A stretch of 25,144 nucleotides of DNA from a virus, in IMG/VR virus record IMGVR_UViG_3300049436_000050, positions 1 to 25,144 of that record. One strand, 5' to 3'. Below, piece by piece: positions 9,005 through 18,399 of this stretch. The notes beneath the pieces are model-generated. The model was not told where the DNA came from and searched no databases. It saw nothing but the letters and a program-made list of their open reading frames with translations. The translations under genes were made by a program, and so were the position numbers. Each line of letters begins with the position of its first letter. The stretch's first letter is position 1.

Positions 9005-11692
9005 TTAATACGGTGTTTGGCCGTTCATATAATTATTTATATCGTTGACTTTGACAAGTTCAACTTTTGTAAGTTCATTATTAACTAAATCAAAATCAAT
9101 AATTTTATTGACGGTATATATTGATCCATCAATTAGAATGAAATCCCTGAATTTAAAATTCAATACATCCAAAGGATTTAAATAAAAATATCCTGTAAAT
9201 ATTTTTGTATTGATGTTATACCGATCAGAAATATAATTTTTCCAATACCTGTTATAAATCGTTGACCCTGTTACATAAGTCGCATTATAGTAAATTTCGT
9301 TTGGTGTATAAAAATCAAGACTATGAGTAAAATTTTTCATATCTGGGTAATTATTACCAGCTTCTTTGTAAAAGAAATCCGTTCCGATACTTGTTTTTGA
9401 AACGTTTTTCATTTCTGTACCTGCCTCAAAAGTTACATCTGTGTATTTTTCTAAACCTGCAATTGTTAATCTTTTGCGCTTGCTTACATTGTGACAATAT
9501 TCGTTGTTTATTATTTGTTGGCTGGTATCATCTGTAAAATGAAAATGATAACTATTAAAATCATTATTGGTATAACCTGAAGGTTGAGTTATATTTCCAT
9601 TCATAAATACCAATCCAATTGGATCGTAATTTGATAATTTATTAGATGATTCTTTAGCTATGACTGGAATTATTTTATATCTTGAAGTACTTTCATTTCC
9701 AAAAATGGAATAACTAAAATCTTTAGATAAAATTGGTTCAAAAATAATATCTGATAAAATATCAAAAGTCTCATTGTTAAATTCGTATCCTGTGTTTATG
9801 ATACAATCAGAATAATATTCATTGTAATTATCGTAATATAATTTAGTTAAGTAAGAATCTTTTGCTTTTTTATAACCAAGTCGTAAAAACTTTTTATCAA
9901 AATTTAATGGAATTATTGTGATTTCTTTATCTCTGCATAGTTTAGACGACCAATCTAATGTAGTTCCACCTGAATAAAATTCATTTCTATTTTCGATACT
10001 AATTTCTTTGGTAACATTATCAATACTAACATATAAACCAAACATCTTGATGTATGATAAAAACAGATCTTTTATTTTAACAGCGGGTAACAGATCTTTG
10101 ATACTTACATTCATATTTGAATGTATTTCTTTTATCAGTTCAGAATCAATATGAAAATTTGTTGAAAAATCAACACCACATTCTACATTTGAATAACTTG
10201 CTACATTATCACTTCGCTTGATCCAATCCGTTCCTGCATTATTTCTTTGTGTAACTTTTAATTGCATTGTCATACCTGTTACATTCATATTTTTTGTATA
10301 TTTCTGCAAATAGGTATTAAAATAAGTTGTTGGAGTTACCCAGTTAGAAGTTGTTGTATCATAAATTTCAATGTTATCAGTATAAGTTCTTAACGCTGGT
10401 TTATATGCTCTAAATTCGGCATATAACGGATTATTTGACGATCCTGCAATTGAATTTGTACATAAATGAAAACTTACACTATAATTAAATATTACGGTTG
10501 ATTTATAAATAAATTCAACATCCAAATAACTGTCATTATTAGCAGGATAATAATAATAAGCTGATCCTTCAGACGGTAAATCAAAAATAAATAGTGTATC
10601 AACATCAAAATTATTATACTCACAATAAAACAAATTTGAAGTTAATAACGCTTTTGTAATGGCTGATCCACTAATATTGAAATTTAAATCATTGGTTAAA
10701 AATGTCATATCTGAATCAGTTAACGTTGTTGTTACTGTTGTTTGTGAAGTTCCAACATAAACCCCAGATTCAGCATAAATAGAAACATTACCTGATTGTA
10801 TTAAAGAATTGTTTAGCAACGGACAAGTTAAAAGTAAATTATACCAATATGGATTGTAAATATTTTCTGTTGAATTCCAATTAATTAAATAGTTGTAAGT
10901 ACTTGCAAAATTTCTTAAAATCATATCCATATACACCCCAAAACGCTGTTTATAAGACAACTTTAATTTCATAAATGTTTCTGTATAGTCATTAGATAAA
11001 TTGCTTTGGTGTTTAACATCGTCATCATTCCAGCCGCTAAAAAATTCAACTTTGTTTGAAATGTTATACAATCCGTTTTCACTATCTAAAATATCTATGA
11101 GCTTATCATTATAATAAAGTGTGTTATCTAAATTTGAATCAATTGTACTTGAACCACTATAAAAAACATTTAAATCTGATTCGTTGAACCTGCTTTTTTT
11201 TGCGGGTGTTTGCGATACGTATAAATTAAAAAGTGAATCTCTATTAACTGTAAACGATTGATCATAAATTGCGGGTAAAGCATCGGTTAATAAATCATCC
11301 TCCAAACTTTGAATAAAGTTTCCAAGCTCTCCAAATAAATTTATTTGATAATACCATTTCTTTTCATTTTCAAAAACGATGTTAACCATTTTAATATAAC
11401 CGATTTGGAACAGTGCTGAATTATACATCAAACGAAAGTTTGCTTTTCTATTTGCATTAAAATCAATGTTCTTATTTGCATTGGAATTGTCAAGAACTAT
11501 TTTATTGATGCACCATATATTACCAAACAGCATATTATTATTTGCTGTGTTTGGAATGTTCAGTGTTTTTGAATAAGTATTTTTAATTGACCCAGGATTT
11601 AAGATATCATCTATTTGTTTAGTGATTAGAATAGATACATTATCATCAAGATCAATCTTTGTATTTTCAATATATAATTCAGCTAACATCAT
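9005..11692 (-). CDS. Large tail / baseplate structural protein (Tal-like, putative)
   Basis: 895 aa, rich in N/Y/S/T and beta-rich. The N-terminus AELYIENTKIDLDD..SILITKQIDDILNPGSIKNTYSKTLNIPNTANNNMLFG resembles tail-tip proteins. Confidence 0.5.
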   Translation of the reverse strand: MMLAELYIENTKIDLDDNVSILITKQIDDILNPGSIKNTYSKTLNIPNTANNNMLFGNIWCINKIVLDNSNANKNIDFNANRKANFRLMYNSALFQIGYIKMVNIVFENEKKWYYQINLFGELGNFIQSLEDDLLTDALPAIYDQSFTVNRDSLFNLYVSQTPAKKSRFNESDLNVFYSGSSTIDSNLDNTLYYNDKLIDILDSENGLYNISNKVEFFSGWNDDDVKHQSNLSNDYTETFMKLKLSYKQRFGVYMDMILRNFASTYNYLINWNSTENIYNPYWYNLLLTCPLLNNSLIQSGNVSIYAESGVYVGTSQTTVTTTLTDSDMTFLTNDLNFNISGSAITKALLTSNLFYCEYNNFDVDTLFIFDLPSEGSAYYYYPANNDSYLDVEFIYKSTVIFNYSVSFHLCTNSIAGSSNNPLYAEFRAYKPALRTYTDNIEIYDTTTSNWVTPTTYFNTYLQKYTKNMNVTGMTMQLKVTQRNNAGTDWIKRSDNVASYSNVECGVDFSTNFHIDSELIKEIHSNMNVSIKDLLPAVKIKDLFLSYIKMFGLYVSIDNVTKEISIENRNEFYSGGTTLDWSSKLCRDKEITIIPLNFDKKFLRLGYKKAKDSYLTKLYYDNYNEYYSDCIINTGYEFNNETFDILSDIIFEPILSKDFSYSIFGNESTSRYKIIPVIAKESSNKLSNYDPIGLVFMNGNITQPSGYTNNDFNSYHFHFTDDTSQQIINNEYCHNVSKRKRLTIAGLEKYTDVTFEAGTEMKNVSKTSIGTDFFYKEAGNNYPDMKNFTHSLDFYTPNEIYYNATYVTGSTIYNRYWKNYISDRYNINTKIFTGYFYLNPLDVLNFKFRDFILIDGSIYTVNKIIDFDLVNNELTKVELVKVNDINNYMNGQTPY

Positions 11693-11703
11693 TATTTTAT
11701 TTA

Positions 11704-13539
11704 TTAAAATCTATAATCCGATAATTGTTTAATTACTGTTAATTGAATATTATTTAATTTATCAAACCGATGTTGTTTGTATGTAAATGATTTATCATCT
11801 AAACTTACAGAATGTGTTAAATCGGTTTGTGCATCATATAACCATAACTTAGGTGAACTAAAAAGATCATCAAATTGATTATATTCATAATCATAAAGAA
11901 TTTCAGAGTTTAATAACCAGCTTGTTTCTGAATCAACTAAATATGTTGGATTTATTATTGTACTGGATTTACCAGCAATTGAACTTACATTTGATTTTCT
12001 CCAATTCTTTTTATATGAATTTGATTTATTAGTTATTGTTTTAACACAATTACCACCCATTATAAACCAATCAACACCACCACGACGATTAATATAATAA
12101 AGTTGATAGACGTTTCCTTTATAATCACAAGTATCTTTAATCTTATAAATTAATCTTCTGCCATATGCAGGCCAAGCGTCATTGGTAACATTTAATAAAG
12201 TATTTTGAATGTCTAAAAAAATATGGGAAATATTATCTATATAACTTAAATTAACAGCATCATATGAAAAATTAAGATTACCAATAGAATAGGTATTAGT
12301 AGAATAATAACCCGTATTTAAATTAACTCTGCCTTGATAGGTTAAAGTTTCGCCATTTAAATATATAACATTAACATTCATATATTCTTTAGCAGAATTA
12401 TGCACATAAACCTGAAGATTTCGTGGCGAATATCTTAAAGTTTCTTTGGGTGTTTTATGTGATATGTAATTTAAATATGTTTGATTATTTATATCTACAT
12501 ATTGAGCTGCATAATATTGATGCAAATCATTTAAAATGAAATCATTTTGCTTGTAATAATTATTATTTATATTACCGTTTCTGTTGGTATTTTGACCAAA
12601 ATAAATAACTTGCTGTTTACAAGGTTCATAATTATTAAATGAATTTATTCCAAAATAAACATTTGACAAATAAAAGAAAGTTCCTGTGTTGCCAGTCATT
12701 TGAATTTTAATCTGAAAGGGTTGAAACTGTTCAATTAATGTAACTGGTAATGTTATTTCTTTCCAGCTATTTGTTGAAGGTCTTAAAGTAATTGAAGTAT
12801 TTATATAAAAATCTTCTTCATCATCATCATATTCAAGAAATGAAACTTTAACAGCATCGTTTAAAGTATTACCAGAAAAATAATTGTATCTGAAATGTAA
12901 ATAAAATTGTTGATCAGTTTTATAGGTTGTATTTGGTGTATAAGTAGTATAATAAGAGCCTAAAGTATTACTTGATTTTGTATAGGTTGTATAGTAAGTA
13001 CCAAATGTATAATTGAAATTTGTTGAACCTGAATTGGTATTCCAAAAAGAAAAATTTCTTTGAATGGGATTGGTGTTATAAGATGAATTTCCTAATGAAT
13101 TTAACAACAAATTATTGCCTTGAAAAGGATCAATAACATTACTATAGTCTTTATAGATGTAGTTTACTAACCAATCTTCATTGGTAAATGATTGAGGTAT
13201 AACTAATGTCGAACCAGAAGATTTATAATAATAAGTTCCCCCACTTGAATCATATATCTTATATTTTAAATTTGCAATGGAATGATTTAATTCAGTGTAT
13301 TTGGTTGTTGAATCAATATCGAACTGATCATAATTTATAAGATTATTTATAATTGGTTGCAAATCTATATAAACACTATTGTTTATATCTTCATAATAAA
13401 CACCCTGAAATAAAGTAGTAGAACCACTAAGTAAATCCAATCTGATATAATTATCTGTTCCTATATTGTTCCAAAGAATTTCACAGGGATTGCCTTGTGT
13501 TGTAGTTCCTGAAGTGAATGAAGTTGTTATTAATCCCAT
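11704..13539 (-). CDS. Tail structural protein (Dit-like C-terminal domain, putative)
   Basis: 611 aa. The C-terminal pattern YYINRRGGVDWFIMGG....SWLLNSEILYDYEYNQFDDLFSSPKLWLYD resembles distal-tail-protein domains. The stop overlaps the start of the next gene. Confidence 0.45.
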   Translation of the reverse strand: MGLITTSFTSGTTTQGNPCEILWNNIGTDNYIRLDLLSGSTTLFQGVYYEDINNSVYIDLQPIINNLINYDQFDIDSTTKYTELNHSIANLKYKIYDSSGGTYYYKSSGSTLVIPQSFTNEDWLVNYIYKDYSNVIDPFQGNNLLLNSLGNSSYNTNPIQRNFSFWNTNSGSTNFNYTFGTYYTTYTKSSNTLGSYYTTYTPNTTYKTDQQFYLHFRYNYFSGNTLNDAVKVSFLEYDDDEEDFYINTSITLRPSTNSWKEITLPVTLIEQFQPFQIKIQMTGNTGTFFYLSNVYFGINSFNNYEPCKQQVIYFGQNTNRNGNINNNYYKQNDFILNDLHQYYAAQYVDINNQTYLNYISHKTPKETLRYSPRNLQVYVHNSAKEYMNVNVIYLNGETLTYQGRVNLNTGYYSTNTYSIGNLNFSYDAVNLSYIDNISHIFLDIQNTLLNVTNDAWPAYGRRLIYKIKDTCDYKGNVYQLYYINRRGGVDWFIMGGNCVKTITNKSNSYKKNWRKSNVSSIAGKSSTIINPTYLVDSETSWLLNSEILYDYEYNQFDDLFSSPKLWLYDAQTDLTHSVSLDDKSFTYKQHRFDKLNNIQLTVIKQLSDYRF

Positions 13540-14015
13540 TATAATTTAGTATTAGTATTGTCTTTAAGTAGTATTTCTTGAACGTCTTTGTGCAAAGCTT
13601 CTATTAAAAGAAATTTATAAGATTTATTTATTTTACTAATTGATTTATTAAGTATTGGTAAAGCTTTAATTCCGTTCTTACTTATTGATCTTGCAATTAC
13701 AAAAGCAAGTTGTTTAGGTTTAAGCTTTTTATCAATTTTTGGTAGAATATTCTTTTGTTTAATCCATTTTAAAATAGCATTTATAGGTGGTTGTTTAGCG
13801 CCCTTTCTTCTACCTGATTCGATGTATTTAAAATAGTCTTCTATATCAAGATTAAGTTGATATTTAGTGCCAAGAACATTAACCCAAAACTTTAATGTTT
13901 TATCTATTTTACCATCTTTTTTGTGAGCTTTTAGAATAGTTATTATTTCATCTTTTAAAAGATCTGCATAGTCTTCTAAAGCTTCTAATAAGTGGTTATA
14001 TTTAATTTCTTCCAT
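13539..14015 (-). CDS. Hypothetical protein (158 aa), virion-module associated
   Basis: ORF with the motif YIESGRRKGAKQPPINAILKWIKQKNI. Its stop shares base 13539 with the start of the 611-aa gene. Confidence 0.6.
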   Translation of the reverse strand: MEEIKYNHLLEALEDYADLLKDEIITILKAHKKDGKIDKTLKFWVNVLGTKYQLNLDIEDYFKYIESGRRKGAKQPPINAILKWIKQKNILPKIDKKLKPKQLAFVIARSISKNGIKALPILNKSISKINKSYKFLLIEALHKDVQEILLKDNTNTKL

Positions 14016-14087
14016 TTAAAACTCTTTTATTTTCTTTGTTAACAGTATCGTTTAAATATGATAGAGTGTTTAAGAACTCAACGATAT

Positions 14088-14837
14088 TCATTTCCCAAAC
14101 TTTATCCCAAGTTCTTTGAGTTCTGTTTGCAACGCTGTCAATTGATCTAATCCACCCCCACTTTGAATTATATTGATCAATTTCGTTTGAAGTTTCTTGT
14201 CTATCTTGTTCTGTTTCATTAGTTTCTTCAGCTGGTAAATCAAATAACGTTGAGTATGATCGATTAAAATTTTTGTTTGTTGATAAAAAAAAAGCGTCAA
14301 GCTATTCGCAATGTCTATTGTTAAATGATTTAAAAGGTCATTACTGACCTGTTCTATATCATATTTACCATACTTTAAAGCAACATAACGTTTTCCGTAT
14401 ATAGTCTTTTTTTCTTTGGCAGGAATAAAGAAAAGTGATAAGAGTTTATGAATGTTTTCTGTGATATCTTTATTAATAAGATATTGTAAATCAATATATT
14501 GTTGAACATTTAGCTTTTGGAAATTATAAGTAACAACGTAATGAACACCATTGATTTGATAGGTATCTAATAACTTAATTTTATCTATAGGGTTATTAAT
14601 AAATAATATCTCTTTAGCAAGTATTTGAAAGTCTGTTATAGGTATTGATTGAATTATATCAACATCTAAAGAACTTAAAATAGAAACTATACCAACAATC
14701 TTATCAATTTCTTCTAATTCATTAGATTGTAATACATCTATAATTTGTAAATATTCATTTATAGTAACCTCCGAATATTTGTTTTTTATAATAAATTCCT
14801 TAACTTTATTGTCTATTGAAATGTTAAATTTTTTCAT
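14088..14837 (-). CDS. Hypothetical protein (249 aa)
   Basis: ORF following TerL after a 150-bp gap. It is helical and acidic. No family recognised. Confidence 0.6.
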   Translation of the reverse strand: MKKFNISIDNKVKEFIIKNKYSEVTINEYLQIIDVLQSNELEEIDKIVGIVSILSSLDVDIIQSIPITDFQILAKEILFINNPIDKIKLLDTYQINGVHYVVTYNFQKLNVQQYIDLQYLINKDITENIHKLLSLFFIPAKEKKTIYGKRYVALKYGKYDIEQVSNDLLNHLTIDIANSLTLFFYQQTKILIDHTQRYLIYQLKKLMKQNKIDKKLQTKLINIIQSGGGLDQLTALQTELKELGIKFGK

Positions 14838-14966
14838 TGTTTCCTATCTTTTTTTAACTTCTATTAACAATTGTATTTGTCCTATAATATTTATTATGTT
14901 AAATACTAATTTTTTTAACACTTCTAAGACACTTCAATTGTTAAAATTTTATCTATAAATATTCTT

Positions 14967-14986
14967 TATGTAACTGTTGTTACATA
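14967..14986 (-). other. Stem-loop immediately downstream of the terL stop
   Basis: tatgtaac tgtt gttacata: an 8-bp perfect stem with a 4-nt loop, and no U-tract on either strand. Confidence 0.5.
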
Positions 14987-14987
14987 G

Positions 14988-16460
14988 TTATTTTAAATGA
15001 TATGTTCCTTTATTAAATGAATTAATTAACAGTGTTTCAACGGCATATGTTAAACAATCTCGCATATCATCATTGCTTGGGTAATTTGTTGTGACCTGAT
15101 CAATAAATTCTTTGTTCCAAAATCCATTTATAATAAATATTCTTTGTCCTTCAACAGTGGGGGCAATGGCTTTAAGTCTAGTTATTTTATCTTTATTTGG
15201 ATTTAATTCTATTATATTGAAGTTTGTTGAGGCTTTTAATTGTTGTTTAACGGATTTACCTGAAGCTTTACCCTCTATATAAATTTTATTCAAACGATTT
15301 TTATCAATAATTTCCTTTAAAAACCTTATAAAATCAGGAAATTCCATTTTATTTTGATAAACATTTGTTATATAAAGACAATTATTATACTTAAAACACT
15401 CTAATACAGCATTATAATCTGAATCTTTTTCTCCATATGCAGTATCGATAAAGTAAAACTTTAACTTGCTATGTAAGTGAATAGTTTTTAGATAGTTATC
15501 ATCAATAGGAATAACATTAAGCCAAGACTTTTTTATAATTTGATCTGATTCTAATTGCGGTTTTTGCATCAATTGACCTGCAAATGCACGTGCCCCTAGT
15601 ATTTGACGGTAATCATCTATAACATTTAAGTCAAATCTACTTTTCCAAAACAAATTTTCATTATCTATATAATAACTTATTAATTCTGAAGGGCTTATGT
15701 TATCACTTAATTGAACTGGCAAACAGATATGATAATATTTATCAGGATGTTGATCTAAAAGATAACCGCAAATATCTGATTCTGAGATTCTTTGCTGCAA
15801 AATGATCCTTAAATCAATTGTTGGATTGTTTAAACGACTATATAAAGTATCTTTAAAGGTATTTACACAGCTTTTTAAAGTTTCTTGACTATCATCTGGG
15901 TTATTTATATCATCTAATATTTGAATGTTACAACCCTCTCCAATGATTGATGAACCAATACCAAAACTGATTCTTTTCCCTCCACTGTTTGTCATATAAT
16001 TATTTTTGGCTTGGGTATCGGTGCGCAATTGAATAGATGGAAATAATTTAGCAAACCATTCACTTTCAATAAGCATTTTACTATAATGTGATTGCTTAAC
16101 GCTTAACAATTCTGAATGACTTATTTGCATTACGATTAATTCAGGTGATTTTATCCAACACCATACGGGGAAAATCTGGCTTATTAGTATTGATTTACCA
16201 CTTCTAAATGGTAAGTTTATAATATAATCCTTTGTTTTAGGTCTATTATCTATAATCCGTTCAACTTCATATTGTAATAAATCACATAAATATTTGAAAT
16301 GCCAGTTATGATCCCAAATCACTTGTGGGTAAAGCACTTTAGAAGCATCTCTAAAAAATTCATAAAAAGATCTTCGATAAAATTCGGCTTGTAACTGATT
16401 TCTTAAATGTTCTTTTTGTGCCTTCGTTAAACTACCAATATTTACAGGGTTTTTAATCAT
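14988..16460 (-). CDS. terL: Terminase large subunit
   Basis: 490 aa. Walker A-like LPFRSGKSILIS, Walker B-like CNIQILDDINNPDD, and C-terminal RNaseH-like nuclease acidic motifs (YFIDTAYGEKDSDYNAV, IYIEGKASGKS). Confidence 0.9.
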   Translation of the reverse strand: MIKNPVNIGSLTKAQKEHLRNQLQAEFYRRSFYEFFRDASKVLYPQVIWDHNWHFKYLCDLLQYEVERIIDNRPKTKDYIINLPFRSGKSILISQIFPVWCWIKSPELIVMQISHSELLSVKQSHYSKMLIESEWFAKLFPSIQLRTDTQAKNNYMTNSGGKRISFGIGSSIIGEGCNIQILDDINNPDDSQETLKSCVNTFKDTLYSRLNNPTIDLRIILQQRISESDICGYLLDQHPDKYYHICLPVQLSDNISPSELISYYIDNENLFWKSRFDLNVIDDYRQILGARAFAGQLMQKPQLESDQIIKKSWLNVIPIDDNYLKTIHLHSKLKFYFIDTAYGEKDSDYNAVLECFKYNNCLYITNVYQNKMEFPDFIRFLKEIIDKNRLNKIYIEGKASGKSVKQQLKASTNFNIIELNPNKDKITRLKAIAPTVEGQRIFIINGFWNKEFIDQVTTNYPSNDDMRDCLTYAVETLLINSFNKGTYHLK

Positions 16461-16929
16461 TTATTCCTTTACCGTCGTTTAGATTCGCGTCCTGTATGGG
16501 TTTCAGAAGGTCATTCAATTGACTGTCTGTCAGGTCTTTAGGATTTATGTTTATTATGTTGTTTTGGATTGCGGTCTCCGGGGCGTGAATTCTGTTTAGT
16601 CGTTCGATTGCTTGTAGTGCTGCAATAGCGGCTTTTTTGTCAGTATCTTTACTATTGTTGTATATATCGTAATATAATTGTAAGTGGTGGTTTATTAACT
16701 CTTCTTTACTTACTGTAAAATGTTCTTTGATGTATTTATAACTATCAGTTAAATAATCTTTTGTTGTATTTGCACTAATACCCCACTTTTTTTTTGCATA
16801 ATCAAAAGCAGTTTGACGGGTTGCACCACTTGACATTAATAAAGCTAATTCTTCAACCCTTTTTTCATAATTAATTTGATTAGGTCTTTCGCTTCTTTCT
16901 TTCTTTACTGGTTTATTATTTTCTTCCAA
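16453..16929 (-). CDS. terS: Putative terminase small subunit
   Basis: 158 aa that overlaps terL by 8 nt. It has an N-terminal basic stretch and an HTH-like segment (LALLMSSGATRQTAFDYAKKKWGISANTTKDYL). Confidence 0.55.
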   Translation of the reverse strand: MEENNKPVKKERSERPNQINYEKRVEELALLMSSGATRQTAFDYAKKKWGISANTTKDYLTDSYKYIKEHFTVSKEELINHHLQLYYDIYNNSKDTDKKAAIAALQAIERLNRIHAPETAIQNNIININPKDLTDSQLNDLLKPIQDANLNDGKGIND

Positions 16930-16953
16930 TTCATTTCAAAATTTATTTTAAAG

Positions 16954-17385
16954 TTATTTTTTTAAAGTTCTTTTAGAAGTTTTCCTTTTAATAGTTTTTC
17001 TTTTTCTAATTACTTTAGGTTTAATTTCTTTAGAAGTTTCTTTTAAATCTATTTCTTTAAGAGGTTTGTTATCTAAAGTTTCTTTTACTAAATTTTCTTT
17101 AGAAGTTTCTTTTATTACTTGTATTTCAAGATCATTTTTTAAATCTATTTCTTTAAGAGGTTTATAATCATTTAATAAATAAAACATTCGAGTAAATAAA
17201 TTTAGCAGACATACTGAACAATTCAATTTGTAGATATTATGATCATTATTGCGATATTTATTATATATATTTAATATTTTATGATAGTCTTTACTTTGTA
17301 CATTCCTTATAAATCTTGATAAAGCTGCGTTTTTAAATTCTCCGTAAAATTCTTTTACTAAGTCGTAATCTTCTTTTGTTATCAT
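16954..17385 (-). CDS. Hypothetical repeat-containing protein with a highly basic C-terminus
   Basis: 143 aa. KPLKEIDLK occurs twice and KETSKE occurs twice. The tail is KPKVIRKRKTIKRKTSKRTLKK. Confidence 0.6.
   Translation of the reverse strand: MITKEDYDLVKEFYGEFKNAALSRFIRNVQSKDYHKILNIYNKYRNNDHNIYKLNCSVCLLNLFTRMFYLLNDYKPLKEIDLKNDLEIQVIKETSKENLVKETLDNKPLKEIDLKETSKEIKPKVIRKRKTIKRKTSKRTLKK
17020..17163 (-). repeat. Internal coding direct repeats
   Basis: aaatctatttctttaagaggttt occurs twice, at about 17045 and about 17145. ttctttagaagtttctttt also occurs twice. Confidence 0.75.
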
Positions 17386-17390
17386 TTAAG

Positions 17391-17708
17391 TTAAATTAAG
17401 ATATCGTTTATTTTTATAAATATATAATTCATCAATTTTGTTAGAATAGGGGCAAAATAGGACATAAGAGAGGCGATTAATAAACTTATAATAATTGTAT
17501 TATTACTATATAAATTATAAGCTAAGACAGTCCAAAAACTTAAACATAATTCACAATCGAATGGTTTAATTGAATAACCTTTATATTCTATTTTTTTTCC
17601 ATTGAAAAGTTCATATATTCTTTTTTTGAAATTGTCTACAAATCCACTATATCCAATTATAAAGGATATTATAAAGGTTATTATTAAACTATTTATTATT
17701 AGGTTCAT
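17391..17708 (-). CDS. DUF1360-like membrane protein (CxxCxxxW motif)
   Basis: 105 aa with an N-terminal TM helix, the motif KPFDCELCLSFWTVLAY and a further TM helix. It overlaps the upstream ORF by 20 nt. Confidence 0.45.
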   Translation of the reverse strand: MNLIINSLIITFIISFIIGYSGFVDNFKKRIYELFNGKKIEYKGYSIKPFDCELCLSFWTVLAYNLYSNNTIIISLLIASLMSYFAPILTKLMNYIFIKINDILI

Positions 17709-17961
17709 TAGTATTTATATTTTCTAATATTATTTTTTTCACTTTATTTATTACGATTCGTATTTGTTGATAATTGATTTTCTTTTTAAAATATTTTTCG
17801 GCTTTCCTTAAACTTCCAGTTTCGCAATAAATGACAAAGATTCTTTTTTCAGTATCATTTATCTTATTTTTTATTATACTTTGAATTTTTAGAAATAGAT
17901 CTTCATTTTCAAATATGTTTTTTTCATTTAAAAATTGATTTTGCAAATCATATATATTCAT
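17689..17961 (-). CDS. Sigma-70 region-4-like protein (C-terminal half of a split ECF-like sigma factor)
   Basis: 90 aa. EKRIFVIYCETGSLRKAEKYFKKKINYQQIRIVINKVKKII aligns by eye with ECF region 4 (RpoE LRMAITLRELDGLSYEEIAAIMDCPVGTVRSRIFRAREAI). Confidence 0.5.
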   Translation of the reverse strand: MNIYDLQNQFLNEKNIFENEDLFLKIQSIIKNKINDTEKRIFVIYCETGSLRKAEKYFKKKINYQQIRIVINKVKKIILENINTNEPNNK

Positions 17962-18241
17962 TCAGCTTTAAATATTTATATACTTTTTCGTTTATTCTTT
18001 TTTTATATTTTCTGTAAAAATTGGATGTTTTACTTTTATAATTATTTTTTATGATTTTAATGATAAAATATTGTAATTGATTCTTTGAATGTAATTCTAA
18101 AAGGCTTTGTAAATTATAGGTTAATATGATCAATAGAATTTCTTGGAATAAATCTTTTCTAAGCTCACTTTCATAACATATATTATTACAAGTATCTTTA
18201 ATAAATTGATAATAGATTAATATTAAATCGTTTATATTCAT
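17948..18241 (-). CDS. Sigma-70 region-2-like protein (N-terminal half of a split ECF-like sigma factor)
   Basis: 97 aa. DLFQEILLIIL ... LQYFIIKIIKNNYKSKTSNFYRKY aligns by eye with RpoE DVVQEAFIKAY ... FYTWLYRIAVNTAKNYL. Confidence 0.5.
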   Translation of the reverse strand: MNINDLILIYYQFIKDTCNNICYESELRKDLFQEILLIILTYNLQSLLELHSKNQLQYFIIKIIKNNYKSKTSNFYRKYKKRINEKVYKYLKLNEYI

Positions 18242-18399
18242 TAAATTACAATTGTTTTATTTACTTTGTCTAAAAGATTATTTAGAAATAATATACAATA
18301 TGATAATCCGAAATGTATTGTTTGCAAAGGGATCATACATATTAAAATGATTGCAATCACTAGTATAGTTAATATGAATTCAATTCTTTTTTTTAGCAT
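18241..18399 (-). CDS. Small membrane protein (52 aa; not in the ORF track)
   Basis: ATG at 18399. Translation is MLKKRIEFILTILVIAIILICMIPLQTIHFGLSYCILFLNNLLDKVNKTIVI. The stop TAA shares one base with the next ATG (TAATG at 18239..18243), which suggests translational coupling. Confidence 0.45.
   Translation of the reverse strand: MLKKRIEFILTILVIAIILICMIPLQTIHFGLSYCILFLNNLLDKVNKTIVI

Noticed and set aside
17391-17708. The membrane protein downstream of the sigma halves as a zinc-binding anti-sigma factor
   Set aside because: The CxxC lacks the H-x3-C-x2-C anti-sigma signature. The CxxCxxxW motif and TM layout fit the DUF1360-type membrane proteins common in phages better.
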